Source of the DNA: Camelus dromedarius
Taxonomy: Eukaryota
NCBI RefSeq assembly: GCF_036321535.1
Contig: NC_087447.1
Location: 12,958,001-13,022,000 of the forward strand
Reading direction: 5' to 3'
Length of the DNA stretch: 64,000 nucleotides
The position numbers and the translations under genes were made by a program. The notes under the pieces are model-generated. The model was not told where the DNA came from. It was given only the letters and a program-made list of their open reading frames with translations, and searched no databases. Below, in pieces: positions 62,205 to 64,000 of this stretch (position 1 is its first letter; every line of letters starts with the position of its first letter).

Positions 62205-62620
62205 ATACTGCTTCAGTTATCTTTTGTGATACAAACACTATCCCAAAATGTCTTGGTTTAAAATAATAAACACTGGGCTATAGTCTACCTTTCTCACGTT
62301 GACTGAGGAGGTCACGTAGTATGCGGGAGAGGCTGTGCTGTGCTGGACAGTCTCTACAATAGCACAAGCATAAAAACAACTAGAAGAGTTGGTTCAACTG
62401 GTCCCCTTTCTCTGTCCATTTAGTCTCGTGGCCGTTCACATGGTCTACCCAGAAGATTAGTTGAAATTCTTACGTGGCAGCTCATGGCTTTCAGAAACTG
62501 TCTTCATAAAAGCTAGACTCAATATACAATTTTCATACAAACTTCTGTGGTTATAGCCACTAAAGGCCAGTAACAGTTCAAAGAAGGTATAAGTAGTCAC
62601 TATCTAAGGAAAATGTGTTA
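62205..62620. mobile_element. Old MLT1-type LTR
   Basis: aaacactatcccaaaatgtcttggtttaaaataataaac...ttcttacgtggcagctcatggc. Confidence 0.5.
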
Positions 62621-63516
62621 AAAAAAAAAAAAAAAGTACTGCCATCTTTATCAGCCCAAACTATCATCAGCCTGTTGCAGAACTCTATTTTATATATCCC
62701 AGGTTTTTTAATGTATAGCTTCTTAATTAATAGTTTAGGTAAATTAATGACTGTGTGTGTGTGATCTGTTGTTTTTTGCTGTGCACGTACTTAGCAAACC
62801 CACTGAAGGAAGCAGCATTTGAACGGTGTGCATACAGTAAGGAGAGTGAAGACACACTTAGCATCCAGGTCACTAGGTCCAGGACCTTCGGAAGTACGCA
62901 AATGAGACCAGATACCAAGATGATACCAAGGTTCGAGAAGTATGGAAAATGTATTGCCACCTCTTGGGAAGGATTTGGAGAGGGTATGGAAGTAAAACTT
63001 CCAGTATTTCTCAGTTTTGCAAAGAACTAATATAGATAACAGCAAGTTAAAATTATTTTTAGGAAAAAAAAAACAGCAGAACTCTGATTTTTTTAGAAAA
63101 AGTAATATCCATTCCAAAAATCATAAATGAATCATCCTTGCACATATGAGCTATCCTATTAGGGAAAAAAAAGTCCTTCATTCCAGTGTATTTCCATCCT
63201 TTTCCCATCACCCTCCATTTCTAGTAGCTTTAAATGCTTAACAATAAATATTTAGCAAGAATTATCTTTGTAAATCTTTTGTGCTAGGGACCTTGGAGAA
63301 TACCAAAAATAGACATTGATACTCCTAAAGCCTTAAATGTTGTAGAGATATTCTTTTATGAATAAAATAAACGTAAGTCAAGAAAAAGTGCATGAAGTGT
63401 AGAGAATGTGATAGAATCATAAAGTCAGTGACATGTCCCTGGATGGGATGTGGCTGGAGGACGGGAATAAGACAATGTTTGGTGGTGAAAATGGCATTGA
63501 AAAAAGAATAGTTACA

Positions 63517-63980
63517 GCATCATTATTTGTCACATCCCAAAAGTGGAAACAACCCAAATGTTCATCCAATTGATGAATAGATCAAAAAAAGTTCATAAAT
63601 AAAATATGTTTTCAGCCCTAAAATGAAAAAATTTTGACACATGGAACAATATGGATGAAACTTGAAAATATTATGCTGAGTCAAAGAAAGATGACACACA
63701 CGAAACCACACATGCTTTATGATTTTGCATGTATGAGACGTCTGGGATAGGGAAACACATAAAGTAAGAATGTAAATTAGTGGTGACCAGGGGCTGAGAG
63801 AGGGGAGAAACAGGAGGGATTGCTAACCAGCATGGGTCCCTAACTGGAGTGATGAAAATGTTCTGGAATTGGATAGCCCTGATGGCTGTAAAACCTTGAA
63901 AACATACTAAAAAAAAAAAAAAAGTATACATGTTCAAAGGATGAATTTTATAGCATATCTATTATATTAAAAAATAATAA
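63517..63980 (+). mobile_element. L1MB-type 3' end (an L2 fragment precedes it at about 63240-63500)
   Basis: aagtggaaacaacccaaatgttcatcc...aatattatgctgagt...gtgatgaaaatgttctggaattggatag. Confidence 0.8.
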
Positions 63981-64000
63981 TACTGAAGGGAAATAATACT

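Noticed and set aside
1-64000. Remaining 60-125 aa ORFs; CRISPR, rRNA or prokaryote-type systems
   Set aside because: Short ORFs lie in repeats or AT-rich spacer with no recognisable domain; no repeat-spacer arrays or rRNA; the sequence is a mammalian OR locus.

Overview
Mammalian class II olfactory receptor (OR) cluster. A tRNA-Ala-like SINE and the L1 3'UTR type suggest a camelid (alpaca/camel); this is inference. It resembles the OR5I1/OR10AG1 region of human 11q12. There are five intact single-exon ORs: three OR10AG-type (5349, 27663, 46208, all +), one OR5T-type (9421, -) and OR5I1 (59937, +). There are three damaged copies: an OR5T-type frame that stays open but has lost its three 5' ATGs (16306-17280, -), an OR10AG-type gene killed by a 4-bp slippage deletion (36609-37564, -), and a TM1-TM2 OR fragment (26165-26453, +). 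The rest is L1, L2, MIR, MaLR/ERV LTRs, a Tigger2-family element, microsatellites and one 260-bp N gap. I see no wholly new genetic system. The best leads are: (i) a dense homeodomain + O/E(EBF) motif cluster with a 1-bp-spaced composite about 3 kb upstream of OR5I1 (candidate enhancer/promoter); (ii) patchy gene conversion between the OR5T paralogues; (iii) polypyrimidine-CAG|GTAAG sites resembling recursive-splice points upstream of OR genes; (iv) a dead OR fragment positioned to intercept splicing to an intact neighbour. Repeat family names and boundaries come from recalled consensus sequences and are approximate. Identities are hand counts.
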